DNA of 63,981 bases, filler included, from Ministeria vibrans ATCC 50519 (Eukaryota; Protista; Filasterea), in assembly GCA_943704425.1 (NCBI GenBank). It is 10 parts of 10 records of this genome, joined end to end, with 100 filler letters (N's around TTAATTAATTAA, not from the genome) between each part and the next. Parts side by side here need not be neighbours in the genome. Positions count along the whole stretch, not along the records: positions 62,908 to 63,981 come from CALSCP010002361.1; 9 more parts are not named here. The stretch is one strand, 5' to 3'. The notes below the pieces were generated by a model. It did no database searches. It was given only the letters and a program-made list of their open reading frames with translations, and was not told the DNA's origin. Every line of letters starts with the position of its first letter. Position 1 is the first letter of the stretch. The position numbers and the translations under genes were made by a program. This document shows, piece after piece, positions 62,908 to 63,981 of the stretch.

Positions 62908-63981
62908 TGGTGGTCTCGGGAATAGTGCGCCAGTTGTCCTCAATGGTCGGCGGAGTGTCGTCAATGGCCGCACACACGGTACACGAGAGCTTCCAGTTGG
63001 TGACGTACGCGCCAAAGCCACTGTCATCAACCTCGACGGGGTAAATGCGGTTGCCCGATTGGGAGCTAGCGGATGAACCCGGATACGCTTGGGGGTTCTC
63101 GTCAACGCACGCCCAGTCAGCCTTGGGGTTTGAATAGCTGCCGCTCATGAGGTAGCCGCGGTACATTGTGTGAAAGCCGCTGGGGCAAATCTGGTTTCCG
63201 GTCTGCATAAAGACACTCGGCGCGGGCACCTGGCACACAACACATGGCACTTCGTAGCCATCGAGCGTGGTAAATTGCGACGGCATGCCAGACGTGGAAT
63301 ACTCTGTGGCCCACAGTCCACCTTCGTCCTGATTGCCCGTCGAGTGGTAGGTTGAATCGGGGAACTCGTCAGGAGTGTCCGCCATGCAAAGGTAGTTGAA
63401 GCCACCACCGTAGTAGGTTGAGCTCGTCGTCTGGTAGTTACCTGCCATCCATCCCTTGTACAGCTCGACTGTGTTGGCGGGACACGAACGTTTTCCCCAA
63501 CGCACAAACGCAGGCCCTTCGTTGGACGAGCACTGAGCGCAGGGAAGTTCGTCATTGGTGGTGTAAGCAGTAGTGCCCGAAGGTTTCGATTCAAGTTCGA
63601 CACTCTCCATGTTGGAACCAGTCTCGGCGTTGAGGTTGGATGACTCACCCGGCTCTGCATCCAGGTCCATGCACGAATACTTGGTGCGATACTCACGATA
63701 CGATGTTGAGCCAGTCTCGTCGTAAGTGCGCGAACTAGATACAATGAAACCCGAGTAGTCTAAAGTCCAGCGAGGCGGACAGGTCAGCTTGCCGTGCATC
63801 ATCACCGAGTGGTGACGTCCAGTGGCCACACAGGATGCACATGGCACGGACGCATACAGGTTGGAAGACAGGCGCGGCACCAGCTGGCCATACTCGGCGG
63901 TGTTAAGACCACCACCGCTGTTCTGAGTGCCGGCCACGGTATCGAGCCATTCGGGCTGAGGGGGCATGCACAGATATTCGG
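62908..63981 (-). CDS. Tandem spongin short-chain-collagen (C4-type) NC1-like domains followed by the start of a cadherin-like repeat; partial at both ends
   Basis: FVRWGKRSCP...LYKGWMAG...GGGFNYLCM...TEY...VPCVVC...CPSGFHTMYRGYLMS...CVDENPQ...YPVE...LSCTVC. An upstream copy shows the same pattern; the sequence then continues IDDTPPTI...IPETT. Confidence 0.8.

Overview
This is eukaryotic nuclear DNA, not prokaryotic. Ten separate contigs are joined by artificial N-run/TTAATTAATTAA linkers at about 14.5, 21.0, 39.9, 47.1, 49.2, 51.3, 58.1, 60.7 and 62.8 kb. The genome is very compact, uses the standard code, and has many short GT-AG introns (mostly about 45-80 nt), (CT)n/(GA)n intronic satellites and TTAGGG telomeric repeats. 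Manual splicing gives about 27 genes: ABHD13, BUD31, YOS1/IER3IP1, a lipoyltransferase, SGSM3, an Ariadne E3, ORC2, LYS2 (alpha-aminoadipate reductase), ANKRD16, MscS, a 2OG-Fe oxygenase, NDUFB3, PUS7, PEX11G, TRAPPC10, VEPH1/Melted, ORP5/8, RPL29, PSMD14, large EGF/PA14 surface proteins and several orphans. Animal-type genes occur together with LYS2 and MscS, which suggests a unicellular protist, possibly holozoan; this is an inference and assumes all contigs share one source. The best candidates for novelty are: (1) a 586-bp segment sitting in register inside a telomeric tract, next to an ORF whose stop codon is supplied by the telomere repeat; (2) a TM + coiled-coil + Crinkler-type PD-(D/E)xK nuclease gene whose downstream end is copied on another contig; (3) tandem spongin short-chain-collagen NC1 domains leading into a cadherin-like repeat; (4) a LIR + tail-anchor BNIP3-like protein; (5) a prokaryote-like domain fused to three SH3 domains. 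All family calls come from recalled motifs, not database searches, and exon boundaries are manual.
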